Shown one piece after another: positions 24,701 through 37,889 of a DNA stretch of 64,000 nt. A program made the position numbers and the translations under genes. The notes below the pieces were generated by a model. It worked only from the letters and a program-made list of their open reading frames with translations. It was not told where the DNA came from and made no database searches. The DNA comes from Auanema rhodensis (Eukaryota > Animalia > Nematoda): positions 11,470,001-11,534,000 of the forward strand of contig OZ059897.1 in the NCBI GenBank assembly GCA_964057225.1, given 5' to 3'. Positions within the stretch are counted from its first letter, which is position 1. Every line of letters begins with the position of its first letter.

Positions 24701-25307
24701 TAGAGTCAAATGAACTCAGATAGTCATCGAGTTCATCTCGGCGAAGTTGGATAAGTTGAGTATATTCCTCAACTTCGCCTGTGTTCACCATGAGATCTCT
24801 CTCATCGCAATAGTCCAAAATGCCCTTGATCAGTTTTGCAACTGTGGGCGGATGTTCTTCGCCAATGTCTTTGGTGACAAGTTGGTCGATTTCATGAGCT
24901 TTCATGGTCTTATGGGCTTGAGGGTGTTTGGTCAACATCCTTTTATAGCTACCTTGGTATAATTCCAACCAAGTTGCTGGGTAGTCCACATGGGTGCGTT
25001 CCTCGAGCATCACTCGATGTTCGTCTAACTGATCTCGTAGTGATCGGAAGACGTCCCCAACCGGTATGGCTTTATAATATATACGCATCAAGCTAGGCTT
25101 GTGCGTATGTATGAACTCTTGACATCTGTCGATGTCATCAACCGGGGGGAAGATGAATGCTTGATGGTACGGGAGGATGTCCTCCTTCACCGTGTTGAAC
25201 AACTTCAACGCGTGAGTTATATTTCTTTTTAAACAACTTAACTGTCTTGCTAAGGCAGTCAGGTTACGAGTTTCCTTTTCCGATGGAGAAGAGGGACTCA
25301 TAATCAT
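17113..25307 (-). pseudogene. BEL gag-pol(-env) polyprotein split by a stop and frameshifts
   Basis: ORFs 22227-25307, 21845-22129, 21604-21885, 17113-21594 are consecutive parts of one polyprotein (YYIPH, RIVLDAS, DVEKAF, RVPFG, YVDN, SDNGSNF, GGFYER). Confidence 0.9.
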
Positions 25308-25680
25308 TTTGTTTGAAGAGAAATATTATTGTTCAAGTTAATTTTGTGTTTAATCTAGCTAATTTGTTGATTGATTATTAAAATCAATTGAATTAAAGTC
25401 CGAATACAATAGCTGTCGATAGAAGGAATAACAATATATAATATAAATAGGAGAAAAAAAATGCGAAGATAAGAAAAGATATGCAAGTAATATAAGCGAA
25501 TAAGATAAGCAAATAGTTCACTATTAGAAGGTACAATGAATATTTAGTTGAATATTTGTTAACAGTTTTTTCTTTGGAGAGTTATACTGTTAGTTTTTTC
25601 GTGTAGTTGTTACTGTTTCGTTAAATTACGTGTGTGGAATCTTTCGTAAAAAATTGTATGTTTTATCTTTTGAATATATA

Positions 25681-27296
25681 CACTCGTGGCCATAAATTCT
25701 CGGCAGGTGGTGCCTCGACGAAAAAAATTTTTAAAAAATTTAAAAAAATATTTAAAATTTAATTTTCAGGATAATGTAGTTTGTAATAGTTCAGGCTTCT
25801 AGAATTTTCAGTTTCAATGTCAAAGTAACGATGGGAAGAAAGTTATGAAAAAATATCTGACGTCCATATTTGGACTAAATTTACATTTTTATATCTTGAG
25901 TTAGGGAGCATGAACATTGATAATTATTTCGCTGAATTGTAGACAAAACCTTATTTTATCATTTTAGAACATGACAAGGGGTTTTTTTGTTTCCGAAGAT
26001 CTAAGAAAATCAGTTTTACAAGCACATGCATCTGGCATGAGCCAAGTTGCTGTTGGACGTCTTCTGGGTGTTCCAAGATCTACAGTTGGAGATATTGTCA
26101 GGAAAGGACATTCTGGAGATGACGGAAGACTGCAGAATCAAGGAAGACCAAGATCTACCACAGAACGAGAAGACAGAGTGATACGAAGGTTGGCTGTCAT
26201 TAATCCCTTCACGACGTCTCAGGAAATCCGTGAAGAGCTGAAGTTGCTAAAGCCCAACGTTTGCTCCGCTAGGACAATTCGTTCCAGGTTGTTGGCACAA
26301 GGGTTACGTTCCCACTCCTCGGCCAAAAAACCTCTACTCTCCAAGAGGAACGTCAAAAAGCGTCTGGAATTTGCTAAGGAGCACGTGAACTGGACCCAGG
26401 AGCAATGGAAAAAATGCATCTGGACGGATGAATGCAAGTTCATGTTGGCTGGGAATGGTGGAGCTAGGAGAGTCAGACGTCCCACTGGCTTCAGGTACCA
26501 TAGAAGATACACGACTGGCACCACCAAGTTTGGTGGAGGCTCAGTGATGGTGTGGGGAGCCTTCACGTCATCTGAAGTTGGTCCCTTGCACCAAATTGAA
26601 GGAACCATGGATCAATATGGGTACAGAAACATTCTGGAGAATGTAATGTATCCATACGCTCGCTCAAAACTTCGTAGAGGCTTCATCTATCAGCAGGATA
26701 ACGATCCAAAACACACGTCACGTGTTGCCAAGGAGTGGATGGCTAGTAACGGGGTGACGCTGATGAAGTGGCCTCCACAGAGCCCTGACCTCAACCCGAT
26801 TGAAAATTTGTGGTCGATATTGAAGTGGAGGGTCAGAGGAACAAACTGCAAAAAACCGGATGAAAAAATGAAGATCCTGAGGGAAACCTGGAAGAAATTA
26901 CCACGAAGACTTCTGGAAAAACTAGTTGCATCGAAGATGCAAAGCGGTTATTGAAGCTAAAGGACACGCCACACGATATTAAGTATTTTTTTTAGTTTTT
27001 CGATAGTTTAAAGTATTGTTTTTTTGAAGAACTTTTTTATTTTTGTTCGGAAAATATTTTTTATGATTTTTTGAAATTTTAAAATTTTTTGGTTATCTGT
27101 TCATGCTCCATAAATCATTCTAATAAAAATTTTGGACTAAAAACGTGGGTAAAACCTTTTGAAATTAGAGAATAAAGTTCAAAACAGTTAAATGAAGTAG
27201 ATTATACTCGAATAATTGTGAAAAACAGAAAAACTTTTTTTAAAATAAGAAAAATTGAAAATTTTGGGGGGTGCCGAGAATTTATGGCCACGAGTG
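25681..27296 (+). mobile_element. Tc1-family DNA transposon (1616 bp) in the BEL 5' leader
   Basis: Perfect 25-bp TIRs CACTCGTGGCCATAAATTCTCGGCA (25681-25705, 27272-27296) with flanking TA. Confidence 0.95.
25971..26982 (+). CDS. Tc1 DD34E transposase with a C-terminal frameshift
   Basis: GRPR, WTDE, QQDNDPKH, SPDLNPIEN (34-residue spacing counted); expected end RCKAVIEAKGHATRY is in another frame. Confidence 0.92.
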
Positions 27297-29634
27297 TATA
27301 TATATATATTTTTTTTTTTTTTGTTAGCTAAGTTAGTATATTTTTAAATTGTTTTTTTTTTTTAAATGGAGATTGTTCAGGCAAAGATAATTCAATAAGT
27401 ATCTTTATCTGGTTAAAAAAGAAAAATTGGATGATTCACTAGATGAGAGAACAATTCAAGTTGAGAGATTACTGTAGGAAATAGAGAGAAAAAATTGAGT
27501 TTCCCAAAATCGATCAAAAAATGTGAGCAAACTAGCTTGGATGAATTCAGTAAAGTTTTCTGAGTAATTTGATACTAAATATGCTGTTGTTTTTTATCAA
27601 AAAATATAATATCAATATTAATATTAATTGGTTGAAATATAATAAGGATATCCAAAAAGTATTCAAAATATTATTGTTTGATTGATCAGAAAGTATGTGT
27701 ATGAAAAGGATGAGTAATTTGAGACAAAAGATTTATTTCTGGACAGATGAACAAAGGAAATTGTATAAGATAACAGATGTGAATGAAATATAAACAATAT
27801 AAAATGTGAAATAATAAAATTAAAATAAAACAAATTGAAATTATAAAATAACTTACCAACTTAATGTAAATGTATAATTGATACCAGAGAGTATCAATTC
27901 AAATTCAATAAGCGGTTAAAGTGTTAATGCGAACAAATGAAAACTAACTTGATTCTCCTTGAGGATCCTTGATGTCGATTGTCCTTGTCTGGTGAATAGG
28001 TTAGCAGATGGCGTCGGGTGCTGTGGCTGGTTGTAGCGGCGGAATGAATGACCTGTCTGGCAGCTAGGCCGTGAGGGATGTTAAGAGGGAGGAGCTAATC
28101 TGCAAAAAGTATATGTAAGATTATTAAATGAGATTATTTAATGGATTTGAAACAAAACGAGTGGGTTAACTTTTCATAACATTTTAAAATGTTTTGATAT
28201 TCCATGTCATTCGATGATGACCTAGATAATGTGTGAGAGATGTTTGCGTGGTGCTAATGGCGCCGCACCAGGTCAATGAACAGATGGCAACATCTTTTGT
28301 CTTATTTCGCGTATCTTGTCAACATATTTGCTAAAATCGACTTTTTGGTGCAAAATGTTGGAAATATCTCATTTAACCTTTGCTGAGATTTATATTTTAT
28401 GCTTTAACATGCGTAGGATGATAATTCGTAGCTCTTTCGTGTCTTATCATTATCTCATCTATGTAGGATGGGATATTATGATGTTTTGTGATTTTTCACA
28501 GAAATTTTCATCTGCGTAGGATTTTAACAATATAGTTAATGTATTTTGTCCTATAGAACGTGGGTGATGATCTTATATAAGATAAAATATATAAATTTTA
28601 TGAATTTCATGATTTGGACTCTGACCTTTCTCATTGACCCGTTGGTCGTTACATATGACTCATATGGTTGGAAACAATAGATTTACAGACAATGGATGAA
28701 TAAAGAAATTTAAAAACTATAAAACAAGCCGTAAATAGTAAAAACTCGGAACTCTTTCGCATTTTTATATAAACAACACCTACCGAGAGTGCAAGGGTAC
28801 CAAACAAACATCAACAAGTAGGTCAACAGACGTTCCGTGTTGATAGGCTCCTTCCACACATGTTCACAAATAATCGTTGATCTCTAAGATACTGACTCCT
28901 TTACAGATGAGGAAACAGACAGCATTACTCATATAGCAAGGAGACATTGGTCTAAGATGCCTTTTAGTCACCTATTCAATTGATTCACAATTGTTAAAAT
29001 AACTTTTGCACTCGAAGTCTATCAAAACTGTTTGCAATGATTATTGAAAGTCACGTAAAATATAAAAGATATAAAAAGGTCTCAAAATCAAAGAATAAAT
29101 GAATAAATAGCGTTTTTAGACGGTAGCTCTGCTAATGCGTAATTCATATCATTGTTTCTCACTGTCCTCAGTCAGTAGAAATAAGATCGCCATAAAATGT
29201 GTTTGTTGGTACTTTGTCTGCATTTTTCTCGTACTCTCGCATATTCTTCCTAGGAAATACTGTGAAACATAATAAGGGGTGATCAATCCCAGCTGAGTCA
29301 CTGCCGGCAAGTTAAAGGAAGTAGCCATTGGGTAATCCAATAGAGTTTATATAGCGAACAACCCACTATGTTACTTTCTGTAATCATGTGGTACAAAAAT
29401 ATGGTATCAACCAAAATTTTAAATAATGTTTAATTATCACTGATATCTAGACAATATTTAACAACCAATTATGTCGTACTGACATACGATTCCTTTAGAG
29501 TATTTAGATCATTGAACTTATACTGTAAAGGACATCCAACGAGTCACTATTAACGAGCAGACTGGCATGAAGAAAAAAAGAAAAAGAAAAAAGATAAAGT
29601 AGCGCAATAGAAAGGTTATAGAGTAGGAAGTGAT

Positions 29635-29646
29635 GCCGATGCACCA
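29635..29646 (-). promoter_or_regulatory. Primer binding site complementary to tRNA-Gly 3' end
   Basis: Minus strand TGGTGCATCGGC, 3 nt after a CA that could end the LTR. Confidence 0.8.
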
Positions 29647-29649
29647 TTT

Positions 29650-30061
29650 TGAAGATAGAGGGCTCTTCAAATAGCCTCCCAGGTTCACACTTTCTATTCT
29701 ATGCCCTGTTAACATAAAATACTATTAGAGGAAGAAAGATTCATTCATATGCCATTCAGATATACATAATACAGAATATAAGGACTAGAAGATATATAAT
29801 AAGACTAGATAAAGTACATAGAAGACTAGAGTGAATGTAATAAGACTAGATGTACATCACTAATGAGACTAGAGATAGTCTTACTAAAGGACAAGGATAA
29901 AACGGTGGTTCAGACTAGATGAGTCATAAGATTAAGACAGCGACGAGGAGAGAGAAAAGCGACCGTCCGCGACGGTGGTATAAAACAGAGTGCCCGTGAA
30001 TCTCATCAGCCAACGTGATGAGATTGCATCGATTAAATGATGAACAATCGCATTCGCGATA
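29650..30061 (-). repeat. Truncated 5' LTR of the BEL element
   Basis: Adjacent to the PBS; no second LTR copy to confirm limits; cut by Maverick at 30062. Confidence 0.5.
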
Positions 30062-32625
30062 TATAGTCTGTATTACAACTTGCAATAATATTTAAATGGT
30101 TCAAATTATAATTTGGTAAATGTACAGAAATACCACACCTATTTAATAAATTGATATGATGTGGTTGATTTGGCAACAAGATGTAGTTGCGACGAAGATT
30201 TTAAATCCTCCACTTCTCAATTACATCTTCTGCTGCCTCTTCATCGGCTTTCCACATTCCCACAACTGCTGCTCTAGCCAGGCAATGAGTGTCAGTGTTT
30301 TCAATTGTGCCAGGTGTTTTGAGTTCGGCATCAAAATAGAAACCAACTCTACCTTCACCAGGCATCAGGCTTGGCTGCACCGGTCTTTAATCAAACACAT
30401 ACATTTCAATATTCATTGCCTGGCTAATTACAGCCTCTCGCTTTGATTGCTGCACCTTGCTGATGGCATTCATGATGGCAACGCCATCCAAATGCTCCCT
30501 TCTACGGAAATCCATAAAAATGGATCCCTTTTCAAAGGATGGGTGCTCTATTGATAAACAAAATAGTGCTTTTTGTTTATCTGGCACACCACTTTCAGCA
30601 AGGCACCGATCAAGAAATTCATTAAATAGCCGCGGCATGACAACATGCATTGGCTCATTAATGTTTTCCAAATGTGGGAACGTGAGCGATCTAACGACCA
30701 CGTTGGTAAACCGACCAGTGCGTTTTATGCGTCGGTGTGACCACTATAATACACACTTTTTATAATGGTTATACGCTTTTGTTTTAAATATAAATAATTT
30801 TTGTTTATAACTTTTAATAAGTTTACTTTTCTTTAAATTATTTTTATATGCTTTTATTGAAAATAAATGGCATTTGATTTTTAAATATAAAGTTTTTTCT
30901 TTTATAAACATTTGTTAATGTTTAAAAATAAATGAAAAGGTCAAGATGGTGTTTTATTATTTTACTAGTTCAAAATGTTTGAAATATTTATAATTTGTAA
31001 GAATTCAAAATTGGTTGAAAGAAAGATATATAGTGAGATGAAATGTAAAGATTTTAAAATGAATGCTGTTCAAAAGAATGAATATATAAATTTCAAAATA
31101 TTTGCAATTTGTTTGATAAAAGATATAGATTGAGATGAAATGTAAAGATGAGAGAGAAAGAATTTTATGTATGCAATTGAAAAAGAGAAATAAATTTCAA
31201 AATGTTTTCAAAATATGCAATTGGAGCAAGAGAAAATTTCATGTTTCAAAAGATATATTATGAAATAATATATAAATAAAAGATCGCACCTCTATTTTAC
31301 AGACATCGTTGAATGTCGCTCCATATCCGACTTGCCCTCCACTGGTTGATGGGGTAGCAGGATCCCATTCGCTTAAAAAGAAAAAACTAAATGTTATAAT
31401 TTTAATATCGCTTACTCATCACTGTCATCCAAGGTTATTACTTCAATAACCCTTGATGATGAGGGCCCACTGTTAAAAGTGGTTGATGTGGGCTCACAGA
31501 GCTCGATCCCACCAGCCTCGGTAAACTTTATACGTTTACTAAAGAAAAATGTATAAATAAATTCAAAATATTGTTAAATTACCTAAGTTGATTGATTTCT
31601 TCATAGTCAAATCCTAGCTCTTCACATAAACGCTTATAACTAAAAAAAGAAAAAGTTTACAAACAAATAATGAAAAAGACACAACCTATTAGCAGCCATT
31701 GTACCTTGATATAATGAATACATCAGTCTACACATTGCTGTTGGCATTGTAATTTGTTATGTAACATGGATTTGGGTACAGCTGTCAAAACTAGCAGTTG
31801 CGATAAACTTTAAAATAAATAAGCATATTGAATACATGAATACAAAATTTTTGTTATTCCTTCTTATTAAATTAACTTTATCCGTTTCATTGAGGTCAGC
31901 GCAACTGTTTGTTAATCTTATTGTATTTACCTTCAATGTGTGCTCTATTTAGTTATTGTATTGTTATATTAGTAAAATAAAGTTTAAAACTAATCTTTTC
32001 TTTTAATTTGAAACTTTTAATTGTTAGAATAAATATAATTAATAACAATTTGTAATTTCAAAAATTAATAATTTAATGTCGTTCTTATCGAATTAACCTT
32101 CGATATGTGTTCCATTAAATTTTGGTAATTCATATCGTTCTTATCGCATTAACTTTCGATATGTGTTCCATTAAATTTTGGTATTTCATATCGTTCTTAT
32201 CGAATTAACTTTCGATATGTGTTCCATTGAAATACCCATAACAAGTACGGTGAACAAAACGATATACATGCAAAAATTTTATTGTTCTTTAAAATAAAAA
32301 CAATACAAACACAATACAATAAAGAAAAACAAAATAAGTAAACAAACATTATTAATAAATTTAATAAATAAATAAAATTTAAAAAACAAATTTAAAATTT
32401 GATTTTAAAAAAAAATCATGCTTTAAATCATGATTTTTAAATTTAAAAAAGGAAAATCCATGAACCATGATCCCAAAATATGATTTTAACAGCTGACGCT
32501 CAAAAATATGTTTTTGACAGCTGACGCGCCCCAAAAGTATGTTTTTAGCAGCTGACGCCCCCCAAAAGTATGTTTTTGACAGCTGTTTGGGGGCGTGGTT
32601 AGTAAATTTTGCACGGCTCTCTACT
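30062..32625 (-). mobile_element. Inverted left-end fragment of Maverick A (TIR plus pPolB exons 1-5 partial)
   Basis: Reverse complement of ~1774-4625; terminus CTCTCTACT at 32625; pol ATG at 31699. Confidence 0.92.
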
Positions 32626-34986
32626 TATAATAAATGTTCTCCGAAACATTACTTCCATAATCTAATGTAGAATCGTTTACGGCCTTTGCCATTCTGTATA
32701 GCTTTGGATTTGAATGTACGACGCGGAGAGGGTGAATATCGAATAACAGCCTTACGATGACGTGGTGTTCTAGGTAATATATTAATAGTAGCATCCAAGG
32801 CTGTGACAGCCGATGTGGATGTAGGCACGGGATCAACTGAATCCTTGTTACTGACGGCAGGCTCTTCATTTTTTGCCTTCTTGTTAGGGCTAGAGACCCC
32901 ATTACTGGCTAAGAATTTGGCTAATACTGAGAATCCATTGGGTTCCGTCTTTGTTTTATCCAGTACAAAATCCAAAATTTTTGTAATATTTGTGTCTGGT
33001 ACGGGCTCATTATTAATCACAAGTTGGTTATTTTTGTTTGTACGCACCTCTGGAAATCTTTCCCACAGATCGTTATACTTTCGTGGCAGCTTGTATTCTG
33101 GCAATAATGGTGGATCAGCATTTTCCACTTGTACTGATATAGGCGCATCTATGCTTTCTCTATAGTTTTTGAGACGGGTAATCAAGTCTTCGTATAGTTC
33201 AGCCTTTTTATAATCGGGTATAGATTTATTCTCTCGTAAGAGCTTCAATTCAGCATCAAACTTGTCTATATTCAGCGTTTCATCATCAACAGGGATTAGA
33301 CGATATTTATGATTGAGTTTCATCTTTTAAAACCAAAATAAGCAATTCCGCATGAAACTATTGTTTTCAATTGTTTGTGTGAAATCGTTGCCAATAAAGT
33401 TTTAGCCTTTTCGGGTGTGCGTATCAATACGCAGAATCAATGCTGGAAAAGAACAATTTATTGCTAGCAGCACTAAACCTCTCGGAGCTGAGGAAGAAGC
33501 ACGTATAAAGAGTTTGATAGATAAAGATGAAGATGTGAAAAAGTGGTATAATAATCGACAAGCTGAGGCTAAACTTGTCAAGGAAATGCTGGCAGACGCC
33601 ATGTTTCGGTTTAACAAAACACTACAACGCATAGAGTTTGTAATAAGTAAGCGTCTATTATTGAATGCAACACTCGGTGATGCTCTCGCATATTTTCTTG
33701 ACTTTGAGAATAAAATTATCAATGACACGTTAATAGCCAGGCGCCCCATTGAATTTTCAAATAACATTAATACAATGTATATACAGTCAAATTACAACTT
33801 TTTATCTTCTTGTGCCAAAACCCCTTGTTCTGTTTCCTCATTTTCTTTTTCACAAATTGAAATTATTGTTGAAATTGTATTTAATATTGTAAAAAATAAT
33901 AATTTTCTCTTAACTAACAAGGAATATAAAACCCTTTTGCCCATATCCTCATTATTACGTCAAATAGCTTTGATACGCACACCCGAAAAGGCTAAAACTT
34001 TATTGGCAACGATTTCACACAAACAATTGAAAACAATAGTTTCATGCGGAATTGCTTATTTTGGTTTTAAAAGATGAAACTCAATCATAAATATCGTCTA
34101 ATCCCTGTTGATGATGAAACGCTGAATATAGACAAGTTTGATGCTGAATTGAAGCTCTTACGAGAAAATAAATCTATACCCGATTATAAAAAGGCTGAAC
34201 TATACGAAGACTTGATTACCCGTCTCAAAAACTATAGAGAAAGCATAGATGCGCCTATATCAGTACAAGTGGAAAATGCTGATCCACCATTATTGCCAGA
34301 ATACAAGCTGCCACGAAAGTATAACGATCTGTGGGAAAGATTTCCAGAGGTGCGTACAAACAAAAATAACCAACTTGTGATTAATAATGAGCCCGTACCA
34401 GACACAAATATTACAAAAATTTTGGATTTTGTACTGGATAAAACAAAGACGGAACCCAATGGATTCTCAGTATTAGCCAAATTCTTAGCCAGTAATGGGG
34501 TCTCTAGCCCTAACAAGAAGGCAAAAAATGAAGAGCCTGCCGTCAGTAACAAGGATTCAGTTGATCCCGTGCCTACATCCACATCGGCTGTCACAGCCTT
34601 GGATGCTACTATTAATATATTACCTAGAACACCACGTCATCGTAAGGCTGTTATTCGATATTCACCCTCTCCGCGTCGTACATTCAAATCCAAAGCTATA
34701 CAGAATGGCAAAGGCCGTAAACGATTCTACATTAGATTATGGAAGTAATGTTTCGGAGAACATTTATTATAAGTAGAGAGCCGTGCAAAATTTACTAACC
34801 ACGCCCCCAAACAGCTGTCAAAAACATACTTTTGGGGGGCGTCAGCTGCTAAAAACATACTTTTGGGGCGCGTCAGCTGTCAAAAACATATTTTTGAGCG
34901 TCAGCTGTTAAAATCATATTTTGGGATCATGGTTCATGGATTTTCCTTTTTTAAATTTAAAAATCATGATTTAAAGCATGATTTTT
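32411..34986. repeat. Long inverted duplication: arms 32411-33427 and 33970-34986, 542-bp spacer
   Basis: Identical 224-aa ORFs at 32649-33323(-) and 34074-34748(+); TIR tips at 32625 and 34772; symmetric coordinates sum to 67397. Confidence 0.95.
34074..34748 (+). CDS. B-type conserved Maverick protein (224-aa variant of the 245-aa ORF); duplicated at 32649-33323(-)
   Basis: Near-identical to 50175-50912 with a 21-codon deletion; ends QNGKG...W. Confidence 0.7.
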   Translation: MKLNHKYRLIPVDDETLNIDKFDAELKLLRENKSIPDYKKAELYEDLITRLKNYRESIDAPISVQVENADPPLLPEYKLPRKYNDLWERFPEVRTNKNNQLVINNEPVPDTNITKILDFVLDKTKTEPNGFSVLAKFLASNGVSSPNKKAKNEEPAVSNKDSVDPVPTSTSAVTALDATINILPRTPRHRKAVIRYSPSPRRTFKSKAIQNGKGRKRFYIRLWK

Positions 34987-37080
34987 GCAGCAATCAAAGC
35001 GAGAGGCTGTTTTAATAAAAGTATCACATTAAATAGAATTTTACAGGTGATATATCTCCAAGAACACGAGGAGAACACTGGTGTTGCTCTGGAGAGCAAT
35101 AAAATTGAAAAGAACGCTGCCATGCGTAGCATTGCCAAACTGCAGCTAAATAGGTTTGTAAACTTTTAAAAACAATACATTACAAATTTGCTTATAGTGT
35201 CTGGGGTAAAATGGGGCAAAGACCTGATAAAGCCCAAACCAAGATTATTGGTGTTAAGGACCCAGAAATTGGTAGGATCATTACTGATCCTGCAAGGGAA
35301 CTCACTGGGTTCAAAATTGTGGATAATGTTGCGTACTGCAGAACAGTACCAGAGGATTCACATTTGGCACCACCGCCTTTTACAAATGTAGCTATTGCGG
35401 CCTATACAACCGCTCATGCAAGGCTACTATTGTATAAGGCAATGGAGAAAATTGGAAAGAATTTGGTGTATACAGGTAATTTTATACTTTGTATTCAATT
35501 TAAACTTACATTATTTAGACACGGATTCACTAATTTATCAAAGGTGCCTGGATGAGCCAGATCCAATTGAGGATATGAAGGGTGAATGGTTAGGTAAACT
35601 AACCTCTGAAATACCCGATGGTTGGTCAATGACCAAGTTTGTATCACCAGTAGCAAAAGTTTATAGTTATAAACTTGTAAATGCAGCTGGTGATGTAAAG
35701 TATGTAACAAAGGCAAAGGGAGTGGTAAGTACGAGCTTTGACTTTTCAAATAATTTTATAATTTTCAGACGTTGGACCACACGGCAGCATCAGTGGTAAA
35801 CTTTGAAAGTATGGAGCGACTGGTTCGCGGACTCGTTATGGGTGGAGAGAAATTGGTTTTAAAAACCAATACAACCTTGTTAAAGAGGCAACTCGGTGCC
35901 ATATCCACAATGGATATGACAAAAAGTACTAAAGTTGTAATGGATAAACTTTGTTATCTACAAGATTATAGTACTTTACCCTACGGTTATTGTGAATAAG
36001 TTTTAATATATTTGAATTTATAAATTTTTATCATCTTGTATATATTTGTATTTATAAAATTTTATCATTGTACATGTATTTATTTTTAAAAATAGTTGTA
36101 TTAATAAATTTTATTCTTCTATCTTTTAAAAAATTCATTACATACATTACAAACTGGTATCAATATATGGAGCACGATTGTTGTCAATGGAAAGAATAGA
36201 GTCATACTCTGCATAAACAATTGCATATAAGCCCTCTTGCGGCGTTTGTTGACCAAATTCCAATTTCAAGGCTACATTACCTTGTCGTATAACATCAAAT
36301 AACTCTGACGAATGCACAGTACGACTAATATCAAATACAAAAAATGTGAAACCAACTTTATACATTGCTGGTGTAATACCATTGGATGAATCTGTACGAC
36401 CAAGCCCCAAACCTTCCAGCATGTCAATATATGCTGTGGCATAGGAAGATCGCCATTCTAAATTATAAGGACGGGTAGGTATTACCCTATTGTTGAGCGT
36501 CAAGTATATATTTTTCAAATCAAACGGTTTAAAGTTGAATGGCGAATGTTTAAAAGTACCATTATAAGCGTGTGCGCCGACAAGACCTACTACAACACGT
36601 TTTGGTGTATGAGACGTGAATAATATATTATTAGGTGAATCCAAGCGGCCTCCTTCTATGAAATAAGAGCGCATTTTCACTGATGTCATGGGGTAGTGTA
36701 TTCGATCTTTTGCGAGTTTATCTTCTATAGCCATAGCTAATCCAGCGTTTAGATCAAACTCTTGAATGAGCAAATGTACATCGCTGATATCTACTTTCAA
36801 ATTTGAAAACTCCTCCTTTAATGTAGTATCCTTGTTTTCATTATTCCAGCCTAGAGTGTCAATTAAAAAGTTATCACGGTTTGGATATGCAGTTAGCTCC
36901 ATTTTTGAATAGTTTACAAACAGTCGCTCTTGATTAAATAGGTCGATACTGACGGGAGCAGCCATCTCACACAATATGCCATTTTTTACAAGCGCTTGAC
37001 GCGAGCACTGGATGCATTATCTATATATCTATCAGCATAATAGCCTGATATGGCAAGTTTGCTCTCTTTAACATCGTTGC
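34772..37080 (+). mobile_element. Internally deleted Maverick A derivative (215-bp TIR tip, 24-bp pol patch, pPolB 3' exons, MCP 3' part)
   Basis: AGTAGAGAG at 34772; pol exons ~35011-35999 with intact spliced YTDTDS; MCP C-terminal 275 codons at 36147-36974(-). Confidence 0.9.
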
Positions 37081-37291
37081 AACGATCTTATCGAATTAAC
37101 CTTCGATATGTGTTCCATTAACTTTTGTTTTTCACATCGTTCTTATCGAATTAACCTTCGATATGTGTTTCATTAACTTTTGTATTTCATATCGTTCTTA
37201 TCGAATTAACCTTCGATATGTATTCCATTAACTTCAAATTACATGAAAGAATAGTTTAAAGAAATTGTTTTAAATTTTATATTAGTATATT

Positions 37292-37889
37292 AACCCTGGG
37301 CAGGAAGTTCCAATGACCCCCAGGGCAAACCCACAAACGCCTAAAAAAGCGCTCCTATCCGTTTTCTGGAGCGAAAACGGTGTTCTTTTCTATGAGCTTC
37401 TTCCTTATGGAAAAACCATAGATGGGAACTACTATTCTGAGCAACTCAGAAAGCTTCATGCTACAATTGAAGCTGATGAGGGGCTCAGAAACAGGAGTAT
37501 CGCGCTACTGCACGACAACGCGCGCCCACACTGTTGTGCGAAAGCTCAACAGACGCTTCAGGACATGAAATGGACGGTTTTGAAGCATCCCCCATACTCT
37601 CCAGATTTTGCTCCAACAGATTACCATCTGTTTAGATCAATGGAGCATAGTTTAAGGGGTGAAAGCTTCAAAACCTTAGAGGAAGTTGAAAATTTTGTTA
37701 AAATCTTTTTTGCATCTAAAAGTAAACTATTTTTCAGAAACGGAATTCGAAAGCTGAAAGAAAAGTGGGAGAAGGTTATTGCCAACAAAGGGCAATACAG
37801 TATTTAATAAATTTTTTGCAACTCTCATACTTTTTTTTGATTTTTCATATCACACTAGGGGGGCGCAAGACTTAGTTCGGGACCTAATA
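37292..37889 (+). mobile_element. 5'-truncated mariner (DD34D) element
   Basis: HDNARPH and YSPDFAPTDYHLF; 3' end ACCTAA-TA. Confidence 0.9.

Larger units (their letters stand above)
15842..30061 (-). mobile_element. BEL/Pao (Cer-like) LTR retrotransposon with env, defective, both ends truncated by Maverick sequence
   Basis: Gag (three zinc knuckles), protease (LLDSGSQ), RT (YVDN), RNase H (FVDAS, IPRLEL, DSE, NPAD), integrase, Cys-rich glycoprotein; tRNA-Gly PBS. Confidence 0.93.

Noticed and set aside
17166-24962. Many short antisense or alternative-frame ORFs over the BEL polyprotein
   Set aside because: No motifs; expected shadows of a long coding region.
33415-34077. 220-aa ORF as a novel functional gene
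   Set aside because: Penton/PW chimera created by the palindrome breakpoints, with a non-ATG start.
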